Below are positions 29,822-40,690 of a DNA stretch of 64,000 nucleotides, piece after piece. The first letter of the stretch is position 1. Every line of letters begins with the position of its first letter. The DNA is taken from the NCBI GenBank assembly GCA_042571645.1, contig JBHPFW010000003.1, positions 24,898 to 88,897 of the forward strand. The letters run 5' to 3'. This DNA comes from Nanobdellota archaeon (GTDB lineage: Archaea > Nanobdellota > Nanobdellia > Woesearchaeales > JBHPFW01). Under the pieces are notes generated by a model. The model saw nothing but the letters and a program-made list of their open reading frames with translations, was not told the origin of the DNA and ran no database searches. Made by a program: the position numbers and the translations under genes.

Positions 29822-31138
29822 TCAAATCTCTTTCTTTTTCTTATGAACTGCAACAGGTGCTTCTCCACCATGCCAGGTCGTTCTCGGGCGGATTCTCATA
29901 GGATACATTCTTTCATTGCTGTCATCAAATAATATTCCTGCACCTTTAACTCTTGGGAGATGATCGAGTTGGACACTAAGCCCTTCTCTCATATAACTTT
30001 GCATTAACATACCTAAGGCTTCAGTATCAAGTTTAGCAGTGATTCTATGACTAAGAACAGTGTCAGATTGAGTCATAACATCGGTATGTATTTTCCCTGG
30101 CTGTTGTGTAGCCAAAATCAAACAAATTCCTGGTTGGCGGCCTTCTCTCATAATAGTAATAAGAGCATTACTTGCTGCAGTTTTTCCTTTTACTGGCAAA
30201 AATTCATGAGCCTCATCAATAATCAGCCAAACAATTGGAAAATCAATTTTTTCTTTAGCCTCTTCTGAAGAGAAATAACTCATAGAACTGTGAACTTGAT
30301 CATATTCTTCATTCTTTCTTGCAATCATTCTTTCAATAAATAGTCTTTGACCTACTAAGCCAACAATTAATGCTTTAACCTTCCAGCCACCGGGCATTGT
30401 TGCATAACAGCTAACATCTAGTACAGTTACTTGGCCTCCAATAACAAGATCAGTAAGTTTAGTTCCTTCAGCATCAAAAACACCCCATTCTTTTGTACTT
30501 AATAGTCTGTTTTCTAAAGCATCCTTAACACTTTGTTCTCCTTTTGTTTCTTTCTGTATTTCTTGGATTAACTGATCAATATCAAAGTTTACTCCTTCCC
30601 TTTTTAACCTACCAACAACTTTTTCAAGAAGAATTCCAGCAGGGTCATTCGCTGTCAAGTCAAAGGTAAGATGCCAGTCTTCAGGGGTTAATTCAGCAGG
30701 CCTAAGAGTAAAAGGAAAATCTGTAGGGATGCCTTGGTCTTTGTATTTGTAATAGAATTCTTTTGGTGTAAATATTTTCACATCTAAGCCTTCTGGTTTA
30801 AGTCCCCATTGAGCTAATAGAGTTTCGTCTTTTTTGTTGGGGTATTTCATTGTCCAGTATATACCCATAGTATCAAGAAGAATAAAACTGAGGTTTTGTC
30901 GTATACGCATTGGAAGAGATGCCATTCCTTCAGCAATAACACCCATTGTATATGACTTACCGCCGCCTCTTTTTCCGCAAATAAACAATACATGGCCTTT
31001 TGCAACGTCAAGATATATGTTATTAGAAAGGGTTGTAATTCTACCCATTTTAATATATTGTTTACCAATTAAAATAGTGCCTTCTTTTCCGAACTTGTCA
31101 ATATCTGATTGGTTTCTGCCTACAATAATATCTCTCAA
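29822..31138 (-). CDS. HerA/FtsK-like P-loop ATPase (DUF87-type)
   Basis: Walker A CGKRGGGKSYTMG and Walker B VWLIIDEAHEF, with a HerA-like N-terminal barrel region. No NurA-like partner is adjacent. Confidence 0.7.
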   Translation of the reverse strand: MRDIIVGRNQSDIDKFGKEGTILIGKQYIKMGRITTLSNNIYLDVAKGHVLFICGKRGGGKSYTMGVIAEGMASLPMRIRQNLSFILLDTMGIYWTMKYPNKKDETLLAQWGLKPEGLDVKIFTPKEFYYKYKDQGIPTDFPFTLRPAELTPEDWHLTFDLTANDPAGILLEKVVGRLKREGVNFDIDQLIQEIQKETKGEQSVKDALENRLLSTKEWGVFDAEGTKLTDLVIGGQVTVLDVSCYATMPGGWKVKALIVGLVGQRLFIERMIARKNEEYDQVHSSMSYFSSEEAKEKIDFPIVWLIIDEAHEFLPVKGKTAASNALITIMREGRQPGICLILATQQPGKIHTDVMTQSDTVLSHRITAKLDTEALGMLMQSYMREGLSVQLDHLPRVKGAGILFDDSNERMYPMRIRPRTTWHGGEAPVAVHKKKKEI

Positions 31139-31324
31139 AATGCCACCTCTTTTATTCCATTCTTTATACTATGTTTTCTTTATTGTTCTCTTTTTTTAAA
31201 TATTATTATAACCTTATTTATAAAGGAAGTTATCTAAAACTGATAACAAAACGAAATATTTTTATTCTATCACTATTATGTACTATCACATATAGAACTT
31301 TATAGTTCTTAGGGGGTTGGGAAT

Positions 31325-31807
31325 ATGGGTGATACAGATGAAGCAGGTTCTGATCTAGAGAGAGAAGTTGCAATTGAAGATAGGCTTCCAACAAAGGATG
31401 GAATTGTTAATCATATTTGGTATCAGGGAGACTTAAGAGTTGAAAAAGGTTCAGAAGCTAAATCAGGTGTTGTGGATGGCAATAATGGTGGTGCTTTAGG
31501 AATTTCTCCAGATAGCGGTGTAGTATATGTTAAATATTTATTGACTTGGCTTGATCCAGAATCATCAAGAGGATGTTTTGGAGCACATGTAGACGGTTAT
31601 AAATATGAAAAGTCAGAGGTTGTTAATGGTAATGGGGGTTCTTCAGCAGATGTTGTTTCTCCTTTTGTGTCAACAAGGGATTCACAAGGAAAACCTGTAC
31701 ACTTATCAAGCGGCAAACCTTTTGTTTTAGAAGTAGATTCTGAAGAAAAGGCAATAGGTTATTGCAGAGATTTATTGACTCAGAAATATGACTTTTTAGG
31801 GAGTTAA
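31325..31807 (+). CDS. hypothetical Gly/Ser-rich protein (160 aa), divergent from the HerA-like ATPase
   Basis: Complete ORF with GC higher than its neighbours and no motifs. Confidence 0.4.
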   Translation: MGDTDEAGSDLEREVAIEDRLPTKDGIVNHIWYQGDLRVEKGSEAKSGVVDGNNGGALGISPDSGVVYVKYLLTWLDPESSRGCFGAHVDGYKYEKSEVVNGNGGSSADVVSPFVSTRDSQGKPVHLSSGKPFVLEVDSEEKAIGYCRDLLTQKYDFLGS

Positions 31808-32205
31808 ACTTTAATTATTTAATTATTTATTTCTTTTTATTTTTGGGTTTAGCTACAAGGTATTGTACTGCCATGCTTAACCTTCCAAGTATAAGGCCTA
31901 TGCAGAAAAAGCTGAAGTAAATAACATATTTCATCCATTCTTCCATTTTGGGGGTTCTCCTTTTTCTTTATTGAACTATTCTTAATGTCACTGTTTCAAT
32001 GCTTTACTTAGGTCTCGCAAGCAACTCCTTTTTAAGGGTTATCTAAGTTTTCTATATATAATACTTGTATTGGCCACATCTGCTGCCTTAATCAATATAA
32101 TCTAGAAAACCCCTCTTATACTTATCTGATGATTATATCCAGAAACCTACTCTATATCACCATAAACTATATAAATAGACACTATTTGGTTGCTATTTAG
32201 TAGGG

Positions 32206-33087
32206 GTGGATAAGCTAATGGAAATACGAAATATCCAGAAAACAGGCAATATGCACTATTTGTACCTTCCTACAAAGTGGTGCAAGGCAAATAAAATCAA
32301 TTCTGATTCAAAGGTATCTGTTGATCTTGATGAAAGAGGGAATTTGATTGTATCCCCAAAGATAGTGGAAAGGCTTAAGAAGAAATTAATGCTTAAAGTC
32401 TCAGAAGATAATCAGGAGCTTATAAACATGCTTTTGGTAGCATGTTACATAAATCCTACTGATTCATTCAAGATAAATCTTGATAAAGAACTTGATTTTA
32501 CAAAGATTCTTGATCAAAAAAAACTAATAAGCTTGGAAGTTGTTGAGCTGGATGGAAGCACAATATCTTGTGATTCTCCGATAACAATAGCTGATACAGA
32601 ATCTTTGCTTAAGACATTGGTAAGCAAGATAAGAAATATGCTTTTTGTCATGAGCAATAATTACAACCGGGAGCTTATTGAGAGATATGAAGAGGAAGTT
32701 GACAGGACAAAACTGCATTTAGAGAAGTCAGTGATAGAAGCATTCACTTTTGGCAGATCTTCGAGGACAAAAGCAATAGATTTGTATTATTATTCTCTTA
32801 TAGCAAGACAGCTTGAGCAGGCAGTGGATTATCTTGTATCGCTTGATGAAAAAGAACAAAAGTTCTTCAAAATAATGCTTGATATAATAAACACTTTAAA
32901 GGATATCTTGGATAATCAGGACCATTTTGATTATAATACTGTGTTAAAATTTACAAAGAAGGTAATGGATATTGAAAAAATTAGAGTTAAGGATGTTGCG
33001 ACATATGACAAGAGAAGAGCCAAGAGATGTATGCTTAATGTGGCAGAGGTTCTCTTGGATAAATCGATAACAAAGGAGCTGGAATAG
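32206..33087 (+). CDS. AbrB/SpoVT-domain regulator with PhoU-like helical domain
   Basis: N-terminal swapped-hairpin motif (MEIRNIQKTGNMHYLYLPTKWCKANKINSDSKVSVDLDERGNLIVSP) followed by a helical-repeat domain, as in archaeal phosphate-uptake-regulator-like proteins. Confidence 0.6.
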   Translation: MDKLMEIRNIQKTGNMHYLYLPTKWCKANKINSDSKVSVDLDERGNLIVSPKIVERLKKKLMLKVSEDNQELINMLLVACYINPTDSFKINLDKELDFTKILDQKKLISLEVVELDGSTISCDSPITIADTESLLKTLVSKIRNMLFVMSNNYNRELIERYEEEVDRTKLHLEKSVIEAFTFGRSSRTKAIDLYYYSLIARQLEQAVDYLVSLDEKEQKFFKIMLDIINTLKDILDNQDHFDYNTVLKFTKKVMDIEKIRVKDVATYDKRRAKRCMLNVAEVLLDKSITKELE

Positions 33088-33282
33088 AATACAGTTAGAA
33101 TAAAAATAAAAAGGGATGAAAATAGGAAAACTAATATACTAACAATATACTAAATATTTTTCATATAATATATAGAACATATTATTAATTAGGGAGAAGA
33201 AAAAAACAAGAGAACAATAGAGCTAAAAAATCTTTAAAAAAGCCTTTTATTTGTTTATGGGGGTTTAGGATAGGGGATCAAG

Positions 33283-33603
33283 ATGAAAAAAGACATTATA
33301 ATCCAAATAAAACAATCTGAACAACAAGCTAAGTCTAAAATTGAGAAAGCTGAGCAAAAAAAGCAGGAAATAATCCAAGATGCGAAAAAAGAGCTTCTAA
33401 ACAGGCTTGATAAACTCAATGAGGACTTTGAAGGAAAAAAAGAAGAAGCCATAACAGTTAAGAGAGAGGAATTAGAACAGGAACGCCAGAAAATTCTGAA
33501 AAATACAGAAAAGGAGCTTTCTGAGCTTGAGTCAGAAGCAAGTAGCAATATGACTGATACAATAGAACATATTGTCAAGAAATTTGAAGATATTAATAAA
33601 TGA
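33283..33603 (+). CDS. atpH: A-type ATP synthase subunit H
   Basis: 106-aa charged coiled-coil protein immediately upstream of atpI, in the canonical operon position. Confidence 0.6.
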   Translation: MKKDIIIQIKQSEQQAKSKIEKAEQKKQEIIQDAKKELLNRLDKLNEDFEGKKEEAITVKREELEQERQKILKNTEKELSELESEASSNMTDTIEHIVKKFEDINK

Positions 33604-33713
33604 GACAGTTATATAAATGAGACATTTGGGGTTTGATTTAGAATTTAAGTTTAATGTGATTTATTCATTTATTCATTTGTGAGAATTCATTTGCGAGATT
33701 AAGGAAAACTAAA

Positions 33714-36161
33714 ATGCTAAGAGCAAAACGAATGACTAAAGTTGGTGTAGTTGGGCCAAAATCTGAGCAGGAAAAGCTAATCGAGAAGCTTCATGAATTG
33801 AATGTAATGCATATCGAGCAGCACAAAGCAGATGAAGAGTTGGATATTGGCAAACCATTGGGTAAGGCAGCCGAATTATCTGAAGTGCTGGTGAAACTTA
33901 GATCTGCTGCTTCTCATTTAGATGTTACTGAGCCAACAAGTAGGCATGTTATAAAAAAGCTTAAGAAAAAAAAGCTTGATCTAAAGCAAGTCAATAAAAA
34001 TACCCACAAGATATATTCAGAAATTCTCACAATTATAAATAAGAAAAACGAACTCCAAGAGAAAAGAAATGTTCTTGCAGATCTGAGAGAAGAACTCAAT
34101 CTATTGGTGCATCTAAATCTTCCTCCAGAAGCTATTGAACAATCTGAATCACTAGCAGCATTTATAGGTTATACTGAAAAGGAAATATTGAATCTTAAAG
34201 GGAAGATAGAGCAGATAACCAAGACTTTTGAATTAAGACAAAGGAAAAATGAGAAAAATTATGTTGCTGTTTTTGTATCCAAAGAAGATGAAGAAAAAGT
34301 AAAAACCTTGCTTAATGAAATTAAGTTCATACCTATAGAATTTAAGAAACTTGGGAATATAAGGGGTATGCCTTCAGACCAAATATCTCAAATAAATAAA
34401 CAAACTTTGCTTTTAGAAAAGTATGATAAGGAATGTTCAAAAGAGCTTGATAAAATTAAGACTGACTGGGCAGAATTTGTCTCTGCTCATATTGCATTGA
34501 TAGAGGAAGATCTGGAAAAAGCAGAAGCTCCATTAAAATTTGGAGCTACAGAAGAAGCTTTTTTCATAACTGGCTGGGTTCCTAAGAAAAGATTTGAAAA
34601 AGTGAAAGACGAGTTAATCATTTCAACAGATGAGCATCTTTATGTTGAAGAAGTTTCAATAGAAAAGACAGACTCAGTGCCAATAGAACTTCAGCACAGT
34701 GCTTTAGTTAGGCCGTTTCAGTTTTTCATGGACCTATACTCACTGCCATCTTACAAAGAAATAGATCCAACTGTTCTGATGTTTTTTACATTCCCTTTGT
34801 TTTTTGGCATAATGCTGGGGGATGTCGGTTATGGGATTGTTACCCTTCTACTTTGGGTTTTCTTGAAGAGAAAAATTCCATCAGCCAGAGCATTGTTGAA
34901 TATAATGATTTTTGCGTCAATATTCTCAATTATTTTTGGTGGAGTATATGGTGAGTATTTTGGATTTGAGACTGTTTCAGAAGGAACAGGAGAGTGGATG
35001 TGTAGTAATACAGGCATATGCCTTCAAAAAGTGTTGAATGGCCACGGAAATGGCAATGGAAATGCAGAGGCTGAACACAATGGTGCTGCAGAGCATAATG
35101 GTGAGGCTGAATATAGCACATTAGAAGAACATGAGACCGAAGTTGTTACTCAGACTTATTCAAGTATGGAGCAAGAAATTATAGATGAAGAATCAGAAGA
35201 TGATAATGTTGCAGATTATGAAGATTATGAATTAAAAAATACAGAAGAAGTTGCAGAAGAAGTTTATGAAGATTCAGAATATGTTGATTTAGAATATGTG
35301 GATTCAGAAGATTCAGAAGAAGCTGAAGAATCAGAATATTATGAAGATCATGAAGAAGAAACCATCACTCAAGTGGCTTCTACCTATGAAACAGAACAGG
35401 GTGCAGAGACTGAAGAACTTGAGGAAGGAGAGGAAGGAGAAGATCATGCAACATCTGCAGCAGCCGCAACTACTTCGGCAAGTGCTTCTCATGAGGATAA
35501 TAATGGTGGAAATAATGGTCATAGCGAAGTTGTTTATACATTTCCAAGACTGCTTAACAGACTTCATGGAGAGCTTGATCTTGGGGGAGTAAGACTTCCT
35601 GTTATTCTTGCAATAGGTGCATTTATCGGTTTTTTGCATCTTAATCTAGCTTTGGTGCTGGGTTTCATAAATGAACTAGGACATGGACTATGGAAAGCAT
35701 TTTGTGCAAAGATAAGTTGGATGGTGTTGCAAGCAGGAGTAGTATTGCTTGCGTTAGGTTATACTGGACAGGGTATTCCTGTTTTTGTAGGTTGGATTGT
35801 GTTAGTAATATCAATGGTATTGTTATATCTTGGAGAAGGAGTTAATGGTTTAGTTGAGATGCCGGCAATCTTTAGTAACATGCTGTCGTATATGAGGTTA
35901 GGTGCTGTAGGATTAGCTTCAGTAGGATTAGCAGTAGTTGTGAATGAAAACTTCGGCATTCCATTTATCCAAAAAGGAGGGATCTTTATTTTTGTTGGTT
36001 TGCTGCTTATGTTTTTAGGGCATGCAGTTAACATTGCATTAGGGGTAATAGGCCCATTTTTACACTCATTAAGACTTCATTACGTGGAATTCTTTACTAA
36101 GTTTTTCCGCGGTGGAGGCAAAAGATATGAGCCTTTCGGTCAAAATGGTGAAGGAAATTAG
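33714..36161 (+). CDS. atpI: A-type ATP synthase subunit I (a-subunit) carrying a large acidic low-complexity insertion
   Basis: N-terminal cytoplasmic coiled-coil domain plus a C-terminal membrane domain with the conserved LSYMRL/arginine helix. A roughly 180-aa D/E-rich insertion lies between them (about 35040-35530). Confidence 0.85.
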   Translation: MLRAKRMTKVGVVGPKSEQEKLIEKLHELNVMHIEQHKADEELDIGKPLGKAAELSEVLVKLRSAASHLDVTEPTSRHVIKKLKKKKLDLKQVNKNTHKIYSEILTIINKKNELQEKRNVLADLREELNLLVHLNLPPEAIEQSESLAAFIGYTEKEILNLKGKIEQITKTFELRQRKNEKNYVAVFVSKEDEEKVKTLLNEIKFIPIEFKKLGNIRGMPSDQISQINKQTLLLEKYDKECSKELDKIKTDWAEFVSAHIALIEEDLEKAEAPLKFGATEEAFFITGWVPKKRFEKVKDELIISTDEHLYVEEVSIEKTDSVPIELQHSALVRPFQFFMDLYSLPSYKEIDPTVLMFFTFPLFFGIMLGDVGYGIVTLLLWVFLKRKIPSARALLNIMIFASIFSIIFGGVYGEYFGFETVSEGTGEWMCSNTGICLQKVLNGHGNGNGNAEAEHNGAAEHNGEAEYSTLEEHETEVVTQTYSSMEQEIIDEESEDDNVADYEDYELKNTEEVAEEVYEDSEYVDLEYVDSEDSEEAEESEYYEDHEEETITQVASTYETEQGAETEELEEGEEGEDHATSAAAATTSASASHEDNNGGNNGHSEVVYTFPRLLNRLHGELDLGGVRLPVILAIGAFIGFLHLNLALVLGFINELGHGLWKAFCAKISWMVLQAGVVLLALGYTGQGIPVFVGWIVLVISMVLLYLGEGVNGLVEMPAIFSNMLSYMRLGAVGLASVGLAVVVNENFGIPFIQKGGIFIFVGLLLMFLGHAVNIALGVIGPFLHSLRLHYVEFFTKFFRGGGKRYEPFGQNGEGN

Positions 36162-36254
36162 ATAAGTAAGAGTATATAAAATATAAAATAAAATTGAAAA
36201 TAAATTGGAAATGAAAACAAGGAATGTTCCAAAACAAATAGGGAGGTTAAGAAA

Positions 36255-36482
36255 ATGGAAATAACCACAGCAGGAATGGCTGCTTTTAGTGCAGCAATAG
36301 CAATAGCTGGGACTGCAATAGCAGCAGCAATGGCAGAGAAAGCTATCGGTGCAGCAGCAGTTGGTGCCATGGCTGAGAAAGAAGAGCTATTTGGTAAGGG
36401 GTTAATCCTTACAGTTATTCCGGAAACAATTGTAATTTTCGGTTTAGTAGTAGCTATTCTGATAATAGGTCTTGCTGGATAA
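36255..36482 (+). CDS. atpK: A-type ATP synthase subunit K (proteolipid c)
   Basis: Two-helix Ala/Gly-rich proteolipid with the ion-binding Glu (IPETIVIFGL). Confidence 0.9.
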   Translation: MEITTAGMAAFSAAIAIAGTAIAAAMAEKAIGAAAVGAMAEKEELFGKGLILTVIPETIVIFGLVVAILIIGLAG

Positions 36483-36618
36483 ACCTGTTAGACAATAACA
36501 GGTGACAGCTATCCTTTAAGGGTAGTTGACATCCTTATGACCTTTTATCAGCCATTTTTATAATAAAAACAATAGAACCTTTATGTAGTAACCATCAAGG
36601 TTAATTGGGTGGAGAAAA

Positions 36619-37167
36619 ATGGGCTTAGAAAAAGTAAAAGATGAAATTTTGAATAACGCAGACAAGAATGCTCAGTCAATAATAGCTGAAGGCCTGAAAG
36701 AAGCAGACTTAGTACTTTCAGAGTTAGGAGACAAAACAAAAGAACTAGAAGAGAAAACACAAGGAGAAATAAAGAATCTATTGGCGGCTGTAGAAAGAAG
36801 AGATATTGCTTCTGCAAAGTTTGAAGCCAAAAGAATGATCCTTGACAAAAAGAAAGAGCTGATTGACGAAGCATTTGAGAAAGCAAAGCAAAACATAGCA
36901 AATTTGGAATCAGGCAAAAACAGGCAGATAGTAAAAGATCTCATAAAGAAAGCAAAATTAGAGTTGCCAGATATAAAAACAATATACGCCAATAAAAAAG
37001 ACAAAGCCAATGTTACAGGCTTAAATTTCAGAGAAATAGACATAATTGGCGGGATAATAGCTGAAAACTCTGACGCTTCAATACGAGTAGATTACAGTTT
37101 TGATACACTGCTTGAGGACATGAAAGAGAAAGAGCTTCAAAATATATCTGAGATGCTATTCAAATAA
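36619..37167 (+). CDS. atpE: A-type ATP synthase subunit E
   Basis: 182 aa with an N-terminal long helix and C-terminal globular domain. Operon position. Confidence 0.85.
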   Translation: MGLEKVKDEILNNADKNAQSIIAEGLKEADLVLSELGDKTKELEEKTQGEIKNLLAAVERRDIASAKFEAKRMILDKKKELIDEAFEKAKQNIANLESGKNRQIVKDLIKKAKLELPDIKTIYANKKDKANVTGLNFREIDIIGGIIAENSDASIRVDYSFDTLLEDMKEKELQNISEMLFK

Positions 37168-37221
37168 TATGTTGAAATTATGTTAAAATAGGAAAAGGTA
37201 GAGAAAAGAAAAGGTAGACTG

Positions 37222-38313
37222 ATGAAACAAACATTAAAGTCTTTAGAGCAGCAGGAAAATGGAGGAATCACATTAGGATTCTATCCATACACTCTTGTTA
37301 GAGTAATCGTGATGAGAAGCAAACTTCTCAAGAAGGAAGAATATCATAAACTCATGAAGATGAAGTTTGGGGAAATAGCCAAACATCTGCAGGATTCAGA
37401 ATACAAGAAAGAAATAAATGAGTTTGGTGTAAGATATTCCGGGGCGAATTTACTGGAGGTTGCGCTTACCAGAAATCTTGCAAGAACATTCCAAAAACTC
37501 AGGAGAATAGCTGAAGGAAATCTTCAGCTTGTTGTAGATGCTTATATGCATAGAAATGATATCTGGAATATCAAAAATATTCTGAGAGGGAAATTTGTGG
37601 GTATGTCAGAACAGGAAATAGAAGACACTTTAATACCCTCAGGAAATATAAAAGAAGAAATCCTGAGTGCCATAGTAAGAAAAGATTCAATTGAGGATGT
37701 AATATCATTAATTCCAATTTTGAGCAAGGAAGAGACAAAAAGTTCTTTAGAGTCATATAAACAGAATAAAGATCTTATTGGTGTTGAAAATATTTTGGAG
37801 ATGAATTATATAAATTTCACACTTAGATTTGCAAACAGACTCACAAAACAAGGAAAACTCTTCAAAGAACTTCTTGAGCAGGAAGTTAACATTAAGAATC
37901 TTATAACTGTTTTAAGGCTTAAGAGAGAAAACCTTGATAAAAAAGACATAGAAAAAAGCATGCTGGTATCAAAAGAACTCAAACAAAGCAAGGAATATCA
38001 AAAACTAGCAGAACTTCCGAGTTTTGAAAAAGCATTAGAATATCTTAAGAAACATCCTGAATACAAGAAAGTTGTTCAGAGAGGAATAGAAAGCTATCAA
38101 AAGGATGGTTCGCTTATAGCTCTCGAGGCAGACCTAAATAAATACATACTGAGGAAAGCACTTCTTCTGCAGCATCAACATCCATTATCTGCGGATATAA
38201 TACTTGGATTTATGCTGGCAAAGGAGCAGGAAGTGAGGAATCTTAAAGCCATAATAAAAGGAAAACAACTGGGTCTTGAGGATGAATTCATAGAGAGTAA
38301 TCTAATAATATAA
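37222..38313 (+). CDS. atpC: A-type ATP synthase subunit C
   Basis: 363-aa helical protein in the canonical operon position. Confidence 0.8.
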   Translation: MKQTLKSLEQQENGGITLGFYPYTLVRVIVMRSKLLKKEEYHKLMKMKFGEIAKHLQDSEYKKEINEFGVRYSGANLLEVALTRNLARTFQKLRRIAEGNLQLVVDAYMHRNDIWNIKNILRGKFVGMSEQEIEDTLIPSGNIKEEILSAIVRKDSIEDVISLIPILSKEETKSSLESYKQNKDLIGVENILEMNYINFTLRFANRLTKQGKLFKELLEQEVNIKNLITVLRLKRENLDKKDIEKSMLVSKELKQSKEYQKLAELPSFEKALEYLKKHPEYKKVVQRGIESYQKDGSLIALEADLNKYILRKALLLQHQHPLSADIILGFMLAKEQEVRNLKAIIKGKQLGLEDEFIESNLII

Positions 38314-38392
38314 ATATAATATAAATTCAAGATATGAAATATTCAAGATATGAAATTAAAATAACAGAATTAAAATAACATGCCGGATTAAA

Positions 38393-38704
38393 ATGAGAGA
38401 GATATGTGTTGTCGGGGGAGGAGATTTTGTGCTTGGTTTTGCACTTTCAGGAATAAAAAGACTAATTGAGATAGATGAAATAGAACAGACTGCAAATACA
38501 ATCAAGGAATTAATGTCTGATAAATCATTAGGAATAATACTTGTCGATGAAAAATTGATGACCAACATGGATGCAAGAGACAGAGAAGACCTAGAAGCAT
38601 CTGCAGATCCAGTAATAATATCATTATCAACTGAAGCAAGCCAGGAAAGTTTGCGGAAGCTAATCAAAAAATCAATAGGCATAGACCTAATGGCTGATGA
38701 TTAG
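38393..38704 (+). CDS. atpF: A-type ATP synthase subunit F
   Basis: 103 aa. MREICVVGGGDFVLGFALSGI is typical of subunit F. Confidence 0.8.
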   Translation: MREICVVGGGDFVLGFALSGIKRLIEIDEIEQTANTIKELMSDKSLGIILVDEKLMTNMDARDREDLEASADPVIISLSTEASQESLRKLIKKSIGIDLMADD

Positions 38705-38803
38705 CTAAATTAAAATTATATTATACTTATTCAAAGCAAATATGGAGAAAAACTAATAAGAAAAAACATAACAAAATTACACTAACTGAGAAGGTGGTAA
38801 AGA

Positions 38804-40552
38804 ATGACAAATGGAACTGGAACTAAAGGAAAATTGGCAAGGATCGCCGGCCCAGTAGTTGTTGCAAAAGAATTGGCAGCAAGGATGTATGATCTTGTAA
38901 GAGTTGGCAATGAAAAATTAATGGGTGAAGTAATCCAAATAGATGGAGAAAAAGTCATAATTCAGGTTTATGAAGATACATCAGGCATAACTCCTGGAGA
39001 ACCTGTCGAGAATACAGGACAGTCTCTTTCAGTTGAGCTTGGTCCGGGCTTGCTTAGAAGTATCTATGATGGAATTCAGAGGCCTTTGCCTGTATTGGCT
39101 GAAAAAATGGGTGACTTTATCGAGAGAGGAGTAGATGCTCCAGGATTAGATGAAGAAAAGAAATGGGAATTTAAAGCAACAGCTAGTAAAGGTGATGATG
39201 TTCAAGGCGGAGACATAATTGGAGAAGTAAAAGAAACAGAAGGATTCACACACTATATAATGATTCCACCAAATATCAAAGGAAAAATAACTGAGATAAA
39301 TTCAGGAAGCTTTACTGTGAATGAGGCTGTAGCTAAAGTTGATAATAATGAAATAATCATGAAACAAGAATGGCCAGTGAGAATTCCAAGGCCAGTAAAA
39401 CAAAAACTTGCTCCAACTAGACCATTAATAACGGGCCAAAGAATATTTGATGTTCTTTTTCCATTGGCAAAAGGAGGTTCAGGTGCTATTCCGGGGCCGT
39501 TTGGTGCAGGTAAAACAGTATCCCAGCAGCAGTTAGCTAAATGGTGCGATGCTGACATCATTGTATACATTGGTTGCGGGGAAAGAGGAAATGAAATGAC
39601 AGAAGTATTAACAGAATTTCCTCATCTAAAAGATCCAAAATCAGGAAGACCGTTAATGGACAGAACAGTACTTATTGCAAACACATCTAATATGCCAGTA
39701 GCAGCAAGAGAGGCTTCAGTATATACTGGAGTCACAATTGCAGAATACTTCAGGGATATGGGTTATGATGTGGCGTTAATGGCAGACTCAACTTCAAGAT
39801 GGGCAGAAGCAATGAGGGAGATCTCATCAAGATTAGAGGAGATGCCTGGCGAGGAAGGATATCCTGCTTATCTCTCGACAAGATTAGCGGAATTCTATGA
39901 AAGAGCTTCTCCAGTAAAAACATTAGGATCTGACAAAGAGGGTTCAGTCACAATTATTGGAGCAGTGAGTCCACCTGGCGGGGATTTTTCAGAGCCAGTA
40001 ACACAGAATACCTTGAGAGTAGCTAAAACATTTTGGGCGTTAGATGCAAAACTAGCTCAAAGAAGACATTTTCCATCTATAAACTGGCTTACATCATACA
40101 GCCTTTACCTGACTACACTTGAACCGTGGTTTGCAGAAGAGGTTGCAGGTGATTGGAGACAATATGTTGACAGAGTGATGACAATTCTTCAAGAAGAAGA
40201 AAAACTAATGGAGATTGTGCAGTTAGTTGGTAGTGATTCATTGCCAGACAGACAACAATTGACTCTTGAAGTAGCAAGGTTGATAAGGGAGTTTTTACTT
40301 CAGCAAAATGCTTTCCACGATGTAGATACATTCTGCACATTGGCTAAAAGCTACAGGCTGATGAAGACAATCATGCATTTCAATGATACAGCAAATAATG
40401 CACTTGATAAAGGAGCTAGAGTAAAGGATATCCTGGGAACAACAGCAAAAGAAGATATCTCACTAGCTAAATTCGAGAAGGATTATGAAAAAGTCCTTAC
40501 TCAAGTAGAGAAGGACATGGCATCAGAGTTTAATAAACTCAAGTTTGCTTAA
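38804..40552 (+). CDS. atpA: A-type ATP synthase catalytic subunit A
   Basis: P-loop GPFGAGKT, and the non-homologous region typical of A subunits. Confidence 0.97.
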   Translation: MTNGTGTKGKLARIAGPVVVAKELAARMYDLVRVGNEKLMGEVIQIDGEKVIIQVYEDTSGITPGEPVENTGQSLSVELGPGLLRSIYDGIQRPLPVLAEKMGDFIERGVDAPGLDEEKKWEFKATASKGDDVQGGDIIGEVKETEGFTHYIMIPPNIKGKITEINSGSFTVNEAVAKVDNNEIIMKQEWPVRIPRPVKQKLAPTRPLITGQRIFDVLFPLAKGGSGAIPGPFGAGKTVSQQQLAKWCDADIIVYIGCGERGNEMTEVLTEFPHLKDPKSGRPLMDRTVLIANTSNMPVAAREASVYTGVTIAEYFRDMGYDVALMADSTSRWAEAMREISSRLEEMPGEEGYPAYLSTRLAEFYERASPVKTLGSDKEGSVTIIGAVSPPGGDFSEPVTQNTLRVAKTFWALDAKLAQRRHFPSINWLTSYSLYLTTLEPWFAEEVAGDWRQYVDRVMTILQEEEKLMEIVQLVGSDSLPDRQQLTLEVARLIREFLLQQNAFHDVDTFCTLAKSYRLMKTIMHFNDTANNALDKGARVKDILGTTAKEDISLAKFEKDYEKVLTQVEKDMASEFNKLKFA

Positions 40553-40690
40553 AGATCATAGTTAAAGGTGATAAGAAATGAAACAAAAAAAATCAAAGAC
40601 ACTAAAAAATTCTAAAAAAATTTTGTGTGTGCCAGAAATCAAAAGATTTCTGAGCATTTTTGAGTTCCATAAAATCACAGGGGTGATTTT

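Noticed and set aside
36158-36370. 70-aa minus-strand Ala-rich ORF overlapping atpK
   Set aside because: Antisense of the Ala/Gly-rich proteolipid gene. The atpK reading carries the conserved ion-binding Glu.
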